A stretch of DNA of 64,000 nucleotides from Eledone cirrhosa. Its lineage: Eukaryota. This document shows positions 13,363 through 28,615 of the stretch, one piece after another. The notes beneath the pieces are model-generated. The model was not told the DNA's origin. It searched no databases and worked only from the letters and a program-made list of their open reading frames with translations. Numbering within the stretch: position 1 is the stretch's first letter; the number at the start of each line of letters is the position of its first letter. The position numbers were made by a program, and so were the translations under genes. The stretch lies in the NCBI GenBank assembly GCA_964016885.1, contig OZ024740.1:62558001-62622000 (forward strand), in the 5' to 3' direction.

Positions 13363-14008
13363 GTAAGTATGTTTTGAAACAGTGAGCAGGTTTGAAATTA
13401 GAAAATAGAATAGCTTTCACCGTAATTTTGACTAAGGGAATTTTAGCCTGATAATGGGGTTTAGAACCCTCAGATAAATGGAAAAAGATGAGTATTGACG
13501 TACATGGGAGTCGAACCCACATCTTTGGTTATCGCGACCACTGTGCTACCATTACACCAACACATCACCCATCTCTTTCCATTCAAATTAGAAGCTACAT
13601 TCTTAGCGAGTTTAAATGGCAAGTAATTATGTTTTGAAACAGTGAGCAGGTTTGAAATTAGAAAATAGAATAGCTTTCACCATTTATCTGAGGGTTATAA
13701 ACCCCATTATCAGGCTAAAATTCCTTTAGTCAAAATTACGGTGAAAGCTATTCTATTTTCTAATTTCAAACCTGCTCACTGTTTCAAAACATACTTCCTT
13801 GCCATTTAAACTCGCTAAGAATGTAACTTCTAATTTGAATGGAAAGAAATGGGTGATGTGTTGGTGTAATGGTAGCACAGTGGTCGCGATAACCAAAGAT
13901 GTGGGTTCGACTCCAATGTACGTCAATACTCATCTTTTTCCATTTATCTGAGGGTTCTAAACCCCATTATCAGGCTAAAATTCCTTTAGTCATAATTACG
14001 GTGAAAGC
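13363..14008. mobile_element. 260-bp unit containing a tRNA-like cloverleaf, in partial-tandem plus inverted arrangement, bounded by (TA)n
   Basis: gttttgaaac at 13371 and 13631; catttatctg at 13681 and 13941; orientation flips at ~13680. Confidence 0.82.
13855..13925 (+). ncRNA. tRNA-like cloverleaf (repeat-borne; second copy 13496-13566 on the minus strand)
   Basis: Acceptor gatgtgt/gtacgtc, D arm gtgt-aatggta-gcac, anticodon arm tggt-cgcgata-acca, T arm gtggg-ttcgact-cc(a/c)at. Confidence 0.7.
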
Positions 14009-14377
14009 TATATATATATATATATACATATATGTATATATATATATACATATATGTATATATATGTATATATATATATATATATACATATATGTGTATA
14101 TATATATATTTTTAGTTAATTCTATTGACTGATGAATAGCTTTTGTTAATTTTAAAACCATTCTGTTGAGAACTTAATTCGTTTTGTGATATTTTGCAAT
14201 TTTGCAATAATAACACACATACTGAATTTATCCGCCAAAACTAAGGGCTGGCCTCCTTGTCGAGCCCCACGTGGGTTTTGATAACGGTCAGTCCTTGGCT
14301 TGGCACTTGAACTAAAAGCCTGTTGAGAAAGTGACTGCCTTGTTCAATAATCTTACCAAAAGCTTAACATTATTTGT

Positions 14378-14416
<39 letters not shown>

Positions 14417-14458
14417 GATATTAAACAAATGGAAACTATATTTATAAAACCATATTTA

Positions 14459-14520
14459 TTTCATTATATATATTTCAGGGATATCATATAAAAAATATGG
14501 TATGCCTTCCTCAGACAAAA
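14459..14520 (-). ncRNA. HHR F4
   Basis: ttttgt-CTGAGGA-aggcataccatat...atatgatatccct-GAAAT-atat-ATA-atgaaa. Confidence 0.8.
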
Positions 14521-15941
14521 TACAATATATAAACCGTTTTATAAATAAATTTGACATACCTTAAACATTACAACTTCCATTTAAAAAGTTGATTTTTAGT
14601 AAAAATGTTAAGGACAGTTAGAAAGAAAGACGAAGAGAAAAAAGAAGGAAAGTGTATAGTGCTAAGGACGAAGAGAAGAAGAAAGAAAATGTATAGTGCT
14701 AAGGACAGTTAGAGAGGAAGACGAAGAAGATGAAGAGATGTATGTAAAGAAAAAACAACAGAGCGAGATAGAGAAAGAGATATGGGAGAGAGAAATATAT
14801 TGAGGAAGTGAAAAATGATAGGAAGCTTGGGCACAGATGATCAACGTACAAATGAGAGATTAAGGAGGGAAGGGGGTACTGTAATTATTTATTTATTTAT
14901 TTATTTAGTTATAGTGTTAAGGATACGGAGAGAAATAAAAATAAAAATAAAAATAAATAAAGAGAGGTATAGAGAGATATAGGTGGTGGGAGAAAAGAGG
15001 TAGATCGAGTAATATCTATCATACGAGGTGGGAGATATACAGTTAAATCAGCCGATACATAAATCCCGTCAAGTGTAGAGGGAGGAGGAGAAGAAAATAG
15101 ATATATTCAGAAAGAAAAATGATAGATTTAAAATATTATGTTTCATCCATTTGAATTATCAATTCATATGAATTAGGTATTATAATGTAAATATCAATAT
15201 TCATGAATGAGACACATATCAATAATGTGTGAAAAAAAAAATAATGACCCTATGTTTAGTTTTAAAAATTCTTAGGTTTATAATCAAAATCTGAGATAAA
15301 ACTTCAAAAATAATGGAACACATAAGTATATATGTATTTTCATGAAAAAAGAAAAAGAGAAAAGAGAAGGTTATCTCAAATTCAAGTTGACAATTATAGA
15401 CACACATGTGAATTTACGTGATCGGCTCTGTAAATTCTTATTTTTCATGAAAATCTTCATTGCGTTACAAAAAATTCCACCATACATATATGTACATACA
15501 TATATATATAGACATAAAATATACATTAATATTAATAATAATATTCTTGCCCTCACTTACATGATTATCGTTCAAGCATAGGATAGACAACAGATATCAA
15601 TATATTAAAAACGCCAAGAATATTTTCATCACTCACCAGAGTATCCAGGGACGTAAGAAAACATAGTATGCCACGCATATCAACCACAGAAAACCACCCT
15701 TCCAATTTATTTGACAATGTATTGTCAAGTTCATTAGAAGCAATCAGAATCAAAAGCAAACAGAACCAAAATTATTCAACAAAACTTATTTAGCAGAAAT
15801 CATTCAAAAAAAATTTATGGATACCCAGTTGTTCTACAAATGCTCTTATATTTATTATAGAAGTTTACCTAGCTTAAAAATTTATTCAATAGATTGGGAC
15901 CATCATCATTTTAGGGTAGTTTAATATCTTAAGTAAATATA

Positions 15942-17639
15942 CTACATTTTAAATTTATATTTATATTTAAAAGTTGAGTTCAATCTATGTCTGCAGCAGC
16001 TGAATAAATTGGTCCGTAAATTAAGGGAATTTTTAGATTTTAGTATAAAGAATATCTCCTCCGCGCAGAGGTCACATGTCTCAGAAGAGGAATTAAAAGG
16101 AATCCCTTTTGAGACTATATTCCAAACCATCGAATATCCAACGTTATCATGTTTAAGTTGCCAGAGTAAGCCTGATAGTGATGTTGAAGATTTTTTATTT
16201 GGATCCGTGAAAGAATTCTTGTGATTATTATAGCGAAGTTTAAATTCTGTCGAGGTGGAACCAACATAATTAAAAGAATTTAAGTCAGTTTTAACATTAC
16301 AGTTGTATATTATATTTTTAACTAAGCAATTGTTATTTAGCGGACATTTAGATCTATCTCTACAGTTACAGTTGTTTACTTGAATATTGTTTAGGCTATT
16401 TTCGGTATTTTGGCTAGGTTTTAGATTCATATTATTTATTCTATTAATATTTTGTGCTAAAATTTTGGTGGACGAGTATGTTAATTTTATAGTATGTCTA
16501 TTGAAAATTGAGTGATACTTATGTGTTCTAGGGAAGCGTTTGTCAAGAGCATTAAAAAATAGTTTAGCGATGTGGGTTTTAATGTTTAGTGAGAAAGGGG
16601 GGGCAAACCATATTATATTTCTAGTTCTATTTCTTTTCTGGTTTTTGGAATTATTGTAATGCTTTCTATTATAGTTGTTAAAGTTGTTACCGTAATTAAA
16701 ATTGTTGTTATTTTGGTTAGTTTGTCTATTATCGATGTACATAATTTTATCACTATATCCTGCTCTAGCTAACGCTTCATTGTAATACTGAGCTTTTTCG
16801 TCGAAAATATTTTTATTAGATGAGATTCTAGAGATACGTTTTTGAACAGAGTTCACTATAGTATTTTTGACAAATCTGGGGTGATTAGAGCTAAAACTGA
16901 CATAATTCAAGTTTTCATTTAACTTGTGAAATGGATAGTGAAGACATATGTTGAGATTTAATGTTACATCTAGGAAATTGACTATTCTATGGTTATTCTC
17001 AATTTCTATTTTTAGATTAAGGTAATTAAAAAATTGTATAATTTGTTTTCTTTTTCTATTTAGTTCAGAGTTATTATTTTCAATAAGTAAAAGCATGTCA
17101 TCTCTATATAATCCTCCGGTAACACCGGGTATTTTCCTATGCAGCGAATTAATTATAAATAGGCCCACAAGGTCCGTTACCTGAGCTGAGTCTGATGATC
17201 CCAGAGTAATCTCGAAATTATTATCTCTATCTGCCCTAGTCCATAGTTGGTTATTAAATTCTATCAATGTTTTCCTTGCCGATAATATAATGTGCATTTC
17301 ATTGCTAGTTAGGTCTGTATGTTTGAATGCGTAATTTAGTGCCTTATTTAGTAGATTAGGTGTAATAGATGAATAGTAGTTAGCAATATCTAGTTGAATA
17401 AATTTCTTATTATTGTTATATTTAATTTCTTTAAACCACTCAATGACCTCTCCAGTTCCCTTCCACAAGCTCAAGTTAGGTAAACAATTCAAGTTCTTAA
17501 TTTGCTGTATCACCCTGTCTAGAATGCTTTTGCTAAGTTTACACAGGTCAGATTTTGATGGTGCAATCAATCTGACTGGCAAGTCATTTTCAAAATTTCT
17601 TTTGTGATCTTTCATATTGATCTTGGGTTTCCTGGGCAC
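15942..17639 (-). CDS. PLE reverse transcriptase + C-terminal GIY-YIG endonuclease, open but N-truncated (565 aa)
   Basis: [72 protein letters not shown]. Confidence 0.93.
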   Translation of the reverse strand: MPRKPKINMKDHKRNFENDLPVRLIAPSKSDLCKLSKSILDRVIQQIKNLNCLPNLSLWKGTGEVIEWFKEIKYNNNKKFIQLDIANYYSSITPNLLNKALNYAFKHTDLTSNEMHIILSARKTLIEFNNQLWTRADRDNNFEITLGSSDSAQVTDLVGLFIINSLHRKIPGVTGGLYRDDMLLLIENNNSELNRKRKQIIQFFNYLNLKIEIENNHRIVNFLDVTLNLNICLHYPFHKLNENLNYVSFSSNHPRFVKNTIVNSVQKRISRISSNKNIFDEKAQYYNEALARAGYSDKIMYIDNRQTNQNNNNFNYGNNFNNYNRKHYNNSKNQKRNRTRNIIWFAPPFSLNIKTHIAKLFFNALDKRFPRTHKYHSIFNRHTIKLTYSSTKILAQNINRINNMNLKPSQNTENSLNNIQVNNCNCRDRSKCPLNNNCLVKNIIYNCNVKTDLNSFNYVGSTSTEFKLRYNNHKNSFTDPNKKSSTSLSGLLWQLKHDNVGYSMVWNIVSKGIPFNSSSETCDLCAEEIFFILKSKNSLNLRTNLFSCCRHRLNSTFKYKYKFKM

Positions 17640-17697
17640 GAAAGGTTGTATTTACTCGTTGTAACCCAACAATTTTAAATAAAACTTTTGCATATAT

Positions 17698-17771
<74 letters not shown>

Positions 17772-17799
17772 TAATAAATAAATATATATATATATATAT

Positions 17800-18269
17800 A
17801 GGAATAAATATATATATTATATATACATATATAAAGTGCCATAATAGCAACATAGACGTACCTGATCAAATATTGATATCATTTTGACTCAGCATAAGAA
17901 GACAAATTCTTATAATCAACAATAATGGAAAATTTATTAGTTTCGAAGAAGACAACACTACTTAATTAAAAATTAATCTTTAAAATTAGATACACCTACA
18001 ATTTCACAAATAGAGAATCGTATCTATCCCACTTTATCGCATTGAAGGAATATTCACCCTAAGCATGGAGCAGTAAAATTTCCAAACACAATGCAACTTA
18101 CAAAGTCTCAAATAAATATATCAATCAACAAATTCTTTAAGCAGTTAACCATTTTGTTACCAACCGCATGAAACCGACCTTAGATCTATAATACAAAACT
18201 GTTATATTAACGAACATTCAACCGGAAGTTTATGTTCGTAGCTCAAATTTATGTTCGTAGCTCGAATTT
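17800..18269. repeat. Second copy of the ~460-bp repeat
   Basis: Reverse complement of 7226-7690. Confidence 0.8.
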
Positions 18270-18277
18270 ATTAAACA

Positions 18278-18437
18278 GGCGCGAATTGTCAGAGTCGTTC
18301 GAACGTCGGATAGAAGACCTTATGGTATTAGTCCCGGCTCGCTGCTGTCTGCGTTCAAATCACGTCGAGGTCAAGTTTGCCTTTCATCCTTTCGAGGTCG
18401 ATAAAAAAAGTACCACGCTAGTACTGAGGTCGATTCT
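18278..18437 (+). mobile_element. SINE, diverged
   Basis: gcgttcaaatc...tttgcctttcatcctttcgaggtcgataaaaaaagtacc. Confidence 0.75.
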
Positions 18438-18811
18438 TACTCTATATCTCTTTTTCATTTCCTCTCTCACTTTCTATCTTTCCCTGGAAGAAATCTACTT
18501 TACTCAGGCCTGGAGAGGAATGGGCTCCGCTAGGCTTAAAAATGCCCAACAAACGCCGTATGTCAATACGGCGCCCCTACCACTCTATCAGCAGTTATGG
18601 GACCATCCATCCATCCGTCCGTCCGTCCGTCTGTCCATCCACCCATTAAACATCATCCGCCATAATATTCAAACGTAATCCTTAATCTGCAAAGACAAAA
18701 AACGGTTTATATTAAAAACGAAGTGTATATATATTTATCTAAAAACCTTCCATCATAATTTCAAGCAAGAATCTTAGGTAAGGTATAATTCAAACACTAA
18801 CTAAATAATGG

Positions 18812-19020
18812 TTTCTTATATAAGCACAAGGCCAGACATTTTGGGGGCGGGGAAAGTCGATTAAATCGACCCGAGTGCGTGACAGGTACTTTATTTTATC
18901 GTCCCCGTAAGGATGAAAGGCAAAGTTAACCTTGGTGGGATTTGAACTCAGACCATAAAGGGCTGTATGCTGCAAAGCATAGCGTCCGACCCTCTACCGA
19001 TACTGCCAATCCATCGCCCT
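18812..19020 (-). mobile_element. SINE
   Basis: Reverse complement of the SINE consensus, with A and B boxes and the Nin-like core. Confidence 0.82.
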
Positions 19021-19450
19021 ACGCTAACTAACTAACTAAATAATGAGAACATTAGTCAAACTAATATATCCCCCCAAAAGCCTCATTATTTAAAAAAATT
19101 AATCAAAATTCTTGTGAACCATAATTGAAATATGGTAGCGAAAGTGTTAAATGATTATCTGAAAATATACAGCATCTGGTGAGATGCAACACATCTTAGA
19201 AGAAGTTAACCAAAGTAGCAACATAAACAACAAGAAATAACTGTTGTGAAGAATACGGCAAGGAACAAACAAAAAGCAACAACAATAGAATAACTACAAT
19301 TATCGGTCTATCGGCACCTGCTCTGAATATATATATATTAATAAAGTACCACACAAAGCAATAAGACACCATTCATTATTTATATCTAGCCTTTTTTGTC
19401 TTTCCTGAGATTTATGAAGATATATATTTAGTTGTCATTAACAGGTGTTC

Positions 19451-19523
<73 letters not shown>
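19451..19523. repeat. (CTA)n microsatellite
   Basis: Direct reading. Confidence 0.95.
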
Positions 19524-19842
19524 ACACACACATACATATAAATATTTATACACGCATATATATATATACGTATATACATATATACACGCACCACAGACCC
19601 TCCATCTCAATTCTACTTTTGAAAAGCAGAAGAACTGCGAAACCGGTAAAGAAACCAAATAAATATATATATATTAAAAAAAATAAGACTCCAGTTGCAT
19701 TTTCGATTTCATCTTTTATTCTTTATACTTATATTTATAAGGACTGCTGGCCTTTCGAATCTAGCAGTCTCTTTAACGCTGAAGGAGACCTTCACTAATT
19801 TATTAATGTCGATGTAATTTTTATATCGATATTATTTGGGCA

Positions 19843-19966
19843 TCCACTGATGAGTTTATAAGATCTGGCTTGTGTATAAGACTATGGATTATATACAAGT
19901 TTCTACATAACCTGGACATTATTTATCCCAAATTGTAGAAATCTTATAACGAAACGATCGTCTGGA
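19843..19966 (+). ncRNA. HHR F5 with multibranch stem II
   Basis: tcca-CTGATGA-g-tttataagat...atcttataa-c-GAAAC-gatc-GTC-tgga; internal hairpins cttgtgtataa/ttatatacaag and ttctaca/tgtagaa. Confidence 0.86.
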
Positions 19967-20166
19967 AGGAAAGAGATATTTATTTAATTATGTCTCATAT
20001 AAAACAATACAACCAGCTAGCCACGAAATACTGATTTATTAGCACCCCAAACACTAAATTGGGAGAACACTTAGGTATATCCTAATGTTTGTTGAGTGAG
20101 ATGGAGTTGGTCAGAGTATCGCTTAAGGTTTTCTCTGTTAATGTATTAAATATATATATATATATA

Positions 20167-20640
<474 letters not shown>

Positions 20641-20654
20641 ATATATATACATAC

Positions 20655-21810
<1,156 letters not shown>

Positions 21811-21834
21811 TATATATATATATTAATAAGAGGA

Positions 21835-22196
21835 ATTCCAACTTTGTCTGATTTACTCGTTTTATTTACAATCCTTTAAAATTTATAATGATATTTTAAT
21901 GAAATAGTATGATAGAATATTAAATGTTAAGTGTTAATTGAACAAGTACTTTCATGCTTTCGCAATCTTCAAGTTCATAATGTGTGGTGACAGTCAAGTT
22001 TGCAATTTTCAACTGATAGTTGAAAATTACAAACTTGACTGTCACCACACATTATGAACCTGAAGATTGCGAAAGCATGAAAGTACTTGTTCAATTAACA
22101 CTTAACATTTAATATTCTATCATTCTATTTCATTATAATACCATTATAAATTTTAAAGGATTGTAAATAAAACGAGTAAATCAGACAAAGTTGGAA
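21835..22196. repeat. ~360-bp near-perfect palindrome (family F7)
   Basis: Arms 21835-22014 and 22018-22196, apex caactgatagttg; HHR in each arm. Confidence 0.9.
22055..22093 (+). ncRNA. Very small HHR F7 (39 nt)
   Basis: tgaac-CTGAAGA-t-tgc gaaa gca-t-GAAAG-ta-CTT-gttca; the mirror copy 21939-21977 has TTGAAGA. Confidence 0.83.
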
Positions 22197-22231
22197 TATA
22201 ATCTTCTATACACAATCATACATACCCGTGT

Positions 22232-22321
<90 letters not shown>

Positions 22322-22420
22322 TACTGTACGTCTGCATACATATATGTATGTACGTATACATACTTATATTTAAGTATCAGCCGTAATAAGAGTGAGAAAT
22401 GAAATTTACCTTTTTCCATT

Positions 22421-22459
<39 letters not shown>

Positions 22460-22495
22460 GTATATATATATATATATATAGAAATATATATATAC

Positions 22496-22558
<63 letters not shown>

Positions 22559-22930
22559 TGAAAGATGGCGAGCTGTGTTGTTGTAAATAGGATATATATA
22601 AAAATGAAGAATTAGAAATAGAAGCCAGGACTATCCGTGATCAGTGGTCTACTAGCCATTATAGGTATTTCTTCGCATTACAGACCATATACCTCAGGCT
22701 AGGGTGATGCAATAACTAAAATAAGTTATTGGGATAAAAGAGTTGGGTGGAGAAAGAGAGACAGGTAAACAAACACGAATGGTGAGGCAACGTAAAGAGA
22801 GGAAAAAATGAGAAAATCAAGTCAATAATTCCTTTTGAACATAAGAACGTGCGAATAAATATATATATAAATATATATATATACGTATATATATATACGT
22901 GTATATATATATATACGTATATATATATAC

Positions 22931-22980
<50 letters not shown>

Positions 22981-23025
22981 CGTAAAATAAGAAAATTATA
23001 AAATTAACTTACTTACTAAAAAATC

Positions 23026-23108
23026 ACTTCCAACTAATTAGTTTCTGGAATGGAGTAAATATATTTTCCGAAGAAACATATAGAAAATCATTCCGTCATC
23101 AGGAAAGT
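23026..23108 (-). ncRNA. HHR F8
   Basis: actttc-CTGATGA-c-ggaatg...cattcc-a-GAAAC-taatta-GTT-ggaagt. Confidence 0.85.
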
Positions 23109-23550
23109 CTTTTTCCGTATAGGTCTCCAGGCATAGCGAGGACACTGGAAACTTATTAAAAAAATAATTCAGTGGAATGGAAATAGCAAAGCGTGGACTG
23201 GATTCCAAGCCATTGAGAAAATCACTGCCTCTTCGTCTGTGGCAAATTCAAAAAGAATCAATCACGTGACATCGAGGTCAATCAGTGGAAAGCGAGTGGT
23301 TATTAAGACAGCGGCCAGCTTACTACCATAGTAGCAGTCATGGCCAAATATTGCTCGACAAATGAATTGGAGATAATTATAAGGAATTTATATCTAGTAA
23401 CATTTATATACACACAGATGCATATCAATGCTAGTAAATAAATAGGTTTTGTCTTATTAACAATGTGGTTCAATGCATGGGGTTGCAGAACAATAATATG
23501 AGAGACGTAAAATAAGAAAATTATAAAATTAACTTACTTACTAAAAAATC

Positions 23551-23633
23551 ACTTCCAACTAATTAGTTTCTGGAATGGAGTAAATATATTTTCCGAAGAA
23601 ACATATAGAAAATCATTCCGTCATCAGGAAAGT
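23551..23633 (-). ncRNA. HHR F8, second copy
   Basis: Identical to 23026-23108. Confidence 0.85.
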
Positions 23634-23951
23634 CTTTTTCCGTATAGTAAGTTAATTCTGAATTCACTTTCTGTACTCTTATATTCTTTTTCTCCCTTAT
23701 CTCCCCTTATATTTAAACCTTTTCCTATGTAATTTATTTTCCTTATTTCCCCCCTACTTTTTACCTTACCCTTCACATACCCACCTTTTTTATTTTTAGA
23801 TATTTATTTCTGTGTGTGTGTGTGTGTTGCGTATATGCGTATATATGTATATATATATGCATGTATATGTATGTGTGTATGTATGTTTATATATATCTGT
23901 ATGTATATGTATGTGTGTATATAATTGTACTTTATATGCTTCTGTTGTATT

Positions 23952-24020
<69 letters not shown>

Positions 24021-24044
24021 GTGTATGTGTGTGTGTATTCTACA

Positions 24045-24668
24045 GCACCCAATCTCGATCTAATTATTAAAAAACTTAACTCCAAACGATTAGTCAGCAC
24101 ATCCGCACGAAGCACCCCAAACTACATTAACACTTCCTCAAACTCTCAACCATTGAATGTAAACCCTCCTGCAGCAGAAACACATATAAACCTAACGCAA
24201 CCTGTACAAGATAATAATACTACAAGAGCTGATAAGTGCAACTGCAACCTACCTGATCGTTGCCCTCTGAATAACAAATGCATGGAATCCAATATGGTGT
24301 ATCAATGCACCGTTGAATCGGATAACCGGAGATGGCACTATATCGGCTGTACCTCTACCACTTTTAAATCTCGTTGGTACCAACATCGTAGTTCGATGAA
24401 GAACATCAAATACCGTTCCGTAACTACCTTAGCCAATACAATTTGGCAGTTGCGCGAAAGTAACCTGCAATACACTTTGAAATGGACAAAACTCGCTAGT
24501 GCTTCCGCATATCATGCAGGCCAGCCTTACTGCCGATTATGCAATATGGAGCTATTTTACATACTAAAATCGAATTATACTCTTCTCAACAACAGAACGG
24601 AAAGGACTCTATATTGCAATCACAGACTCAAGGCTACGTTCTCGAAATACAAACCTGGCTTGATTTGA
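24045..24668 (+). pseudogene. Hydra-like PLE GIY-YIG 3' fragment
   Basis: CNCNLPDRCPLNNKC, MVYQC..YIGCT..FKSRW, CRLCNME..LLNNRTE..CNHR; the ORF N-terminus (23925-24040) is only microsatellite. Confidence 0.88.
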
Positions 24669-25051
24669 TCCTGCGACTTCTGCTTTCCTCTATCTTCCTT
24701 CTACCTCCTCTATCTGTCCCATGGATTATTGCTATGCCTTCTATTGACCACATCTCCCCTATTCAACACCTCCTCCTACATACTTTACAAGTCACTCGGA
24801 CTAAACTCCCCTAATCATAGATCATAAACCTATCAACGTCTATCAACGTCTACCATCTCCCTAGCACACACACAGTTGGACTAGTCCATATCTAGACTTC
24901 ATTATCGTATTTTATCCTCCCCTCTGTTTTACCTCAACAACCATGAAAACCCCCCCTATCTCTCTCGTCTTTGTCACATCCTCCTTCTTCTCTACTTCAA
25001 CTTCTAATGAATTCCTATAAAAACCTGAACATTCTGGTACGGTAAACATAA

Positions 25052-25166
25052 TCTCTGATGATATGGAATCGATTGTGCATTGCATGTCGAATGCTCTACT
25101 AACTATATAATATTATAGATGCAGCGAGATCTAGGCAAATTGATGTCTATTGAAACGTACGTTAGA
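25052..25166 (+). ncRNA. HHR F9 with large stem II
   Basis: tct-CTGATGA-t-atggaatcgatt...aattgatgtctat-t-GAAAC-gtac-GTT-aga, followed by aataaa and then (TA)n. Confidence 0.78.
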
Positions 25167-25210
25167 ACCGAATAAATCTCTTTTACTGCATCTTTCTGTT
25201 CTTTTTGATT

Positions 25211-25255
<45 letters not shown>

Positions 25256-25300
25256 TAAACAAATAATGAACAAACAATTCCTTATATTAAACAAAAAAAG

Positions 25301-25455
25301 TTCACTATTTAACGATCGTTTCTAGGGCATATATGTGTTATAATTGGTATGCATATTTAACAGATCTATGTACAAAATTATACAAAATTATACAAATTAT
25401 CAAGATTAAATATACATACCTAACTCATATATACGCCGTCTTCAGAAATAATGAA
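25301..25455 (-). ncRNA. HHR F10
   Basis: Reverse complement of 30851-31005. Confidence 0.83.
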
Positions 25456-26227
25456 GTATATTTATTGATAATAACAACAATTCAAAATATCAGTTCAAAA
25501 TTGACCAATGAAAACACAAAGGGTTAAAAGCAGTTTGGTGTGTGTATACACATGCAAAAACCTTACACATATTTTACAATAATGTGTGTATAATTTGTAT
25601 GTGTATACTAAAAAGATGGATGCAAACACAAAATTTCAAGGTTAATATCTCTGTAAGCTTAATGCGCTGATAAGATACGCAAAGATACTTATGGAGTCAA
25701 GCATATAAATATATTTTTTTCATACTCACACATATCAGTATAATCACACATACATGTGCGTATATGCATAAATATACACATAACCACGAACATACAAACA
25801 CACACACTCCCCCACTCACATTTATATATGTGGATATAAAATCATAAGCAAATAGAAATTAAGTCACTCACATAAAAACACTGGTACACACATTTCAAGA
25901 TCAAGATACAGAAATTAGGTGGGAGGGGGGGGGGGGAGGGGTCAGTATTAGATTGTCAGACCAGACAGCCTAAAATAAATGTATCTATAAATTAAGAAAA
26001 ATAAAAAAAAAATAAAAAAATAAAAACAATAAAATATAATAAATGTACATACACATACAGATATACATACACATACATACATGTACGCGCACATAGAGAT
26101 ATCTACACATACATACATACACACATACCTATACTGTCATACACACACATACATTTACACGAACATACACATACACATATAAAAAGATATAAATACACAC
26201 ACACTCACGCGCAACACATACACACAT

Positions 26228-26264
<37 letters not shown>

Positions 26265-26375
26265 TATACACACACACATAGACTCATATATATATATATA
26301 TACATATACATACATATATACAAACATATATATCCCCACACTCATACCACCATAAATATACATACAAACACCCAC

Positions 26376-26411
<36 letters not shown>

Positions 26412-28615
26412 ACATACACACACGTACACATATATATATATATACACACACATACATACACATACATATATATATATATACACACACATAAAAAACAGAC
26501 ATGCACATATATATATATATATATATATATATTTCATTACTCTTATATATACACATAGTATATATACATACACAACCTCACTTATACACATATACACATA
26601 AGTTATATTACAATAATAATAAAGAATAATATATATATATATATATACATATATACACACATATACATATATACATATACATATATATATACACACACAT
26701 ACATACACATACATACATACACCTAAACATATACATACATAAATACACACATACGAATAAAGACATATATTCACACATAGACACCTATATACACATATAT
26801 ATATAAATATATATATATATATATCTATATACATACACATACATACATATATATATATACATATATATATACACATACACACACACACACACACACAGAC
26901 ACACATACACACTCACATATACATATATATATATATGTGTATGTGAGTGTGCGCAAATACATATATATATACACACACACATACAAACACACACAAACAC
27001 ATACATATGCATATATGCACACACACACACATATATCACATAGATACGAAGATAAACATATAAATAGAGAGACATACGAATATATACAGAACCCATATAC
27101 ACATACATACAACCACGCATATACATATACATACATATATACACATATATATATTTTCCTATATACAAGCATACACATACATACACATATATACATATAC
27201 ATACACATATACATACCACACATTCACATACACATACATATATAATACATATATATACATATATATACATACATATGTATGTACAATCATATATACACAC
27301 TCAATCTTACATTCATATTTACATGCTCATATATGTATTTTTATATTTAGAAATAAATACCAAAACCTATATAGACACCCACCTACACATATATTCATAC
27401 ATATACTCTTACAAAAACAGATGATAATAGTATGGGGGAAAGGGGGGGTTTGGAGAAGGGGATCAAAGTAAATATATGTTTCAAGAAACATATAATATTT
27501 TCCGTATCTTAATTCAATGTATGTTCTTACATATTTTCAGTGCTAGGAAATACGAAATCTATGCATCCCAAAATAAAAAAGTATACCATTAATCATATGT
27601 TAACTAAACCAAAGATAGTCAACATATTGATTTCCAAGGTGTAAATTAGTTAGGTTTATAATATTTGAAGCAAAATTATGAAGTCAAACAGTAGTAGATT
27701 ATTAATTACATTATAACTAAATTAAAGTTAATAACGTTATGGTATCAATATTAGGAGATGAATTTAGTAATAGGGAAAAGAAACCCAAATAAAAATAAAA
27801 TAAAGTATTACATCGGTAGTAGCATATAAATTATATGTTAACTAAATTAAAAATTATATATTTATTTCAATAGTATACGTTAATTAGTATATGTTAATTA
27901 GGTATACAATACATAAAGCAGATATTGTATTTCATCAATAGCATAATATAATTATATGCAAATAAAAATCAAAATTAATACGCATACACATACATATACA
28001 TACACATACACATATATATACATATACACACATATATATATATATATACATATATATACACATACATACATATATAGTCACATAAATATACATACAGATA
28101 CACATACAATACACACATATACATATACATATAGATATACATATCTTTTTCAAAAAATTGCACAGAATATATTAACTAGGTATATATCCAAAACACATCC
28201 CATTCTATGATTACATGACATTCTGCAATTCGTCTGTACAAGGATACTAATTTTAAGCAAATTAAAATTAAAGTTTTAGGTTGATTAAAACTAAAACCAA
28301 ATAATAAATATATTTCCAAAATGTATATTAATTAGGTCTATAATACTAAAAATTCTTTCTCCGTCATAGGATACATGATATTATTTTGTTATATTTTATC
28401 TGTAAAAGAATTATAATAAAAAAAATTATAATAAAAGGTTAAAATAAATTAAAATTAATCTATAAATTAAATTACTGAGTATATATTAGTAATATTTAAA
28501 GGTTTTTCAAAATTTATGATTACATAATATTTTCTCATCTGTAATAAAATATTAATTAAATTAAATTTATAGGTTAACTAACATTTAAATTAAATTAAAT
28601 TCTAGAATAATGTTA

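Larger units (their letters stand above)
14417..17690 (-). mobile_element. Hydra-like PLE (family F4), 5'-truncated, ~1.5-kb 3' region
   Basis: ORF 15942-17639, terminal HHR at 14459, (TA)n on both sides; 3' region homologous to 38855-39740. Confidence 0.85.
22973..23646 (-). mobile_element. Retrozyme-like element F8, 525-bp unit with a ~150-bp terminal direct repeat
   Basis: 22973-23121 repeated at 23498-23646; one HHR in each copy; no ORF. Confidence 0.83.

Noticed and set aside
13855-13925. Functional tRNA gene (CGA anticodon)
   Set aside because: No U33, many wobble pairs, a different loop in the sister copy, and embedded in a repeat.
14120-14380. CTGATGA followed by agcttttg...caaaagct pairing ~220 nt apart; similar start near 47500
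   Set aside because: No GAAA/UH half follows, so a ribozyme cannot be supported.
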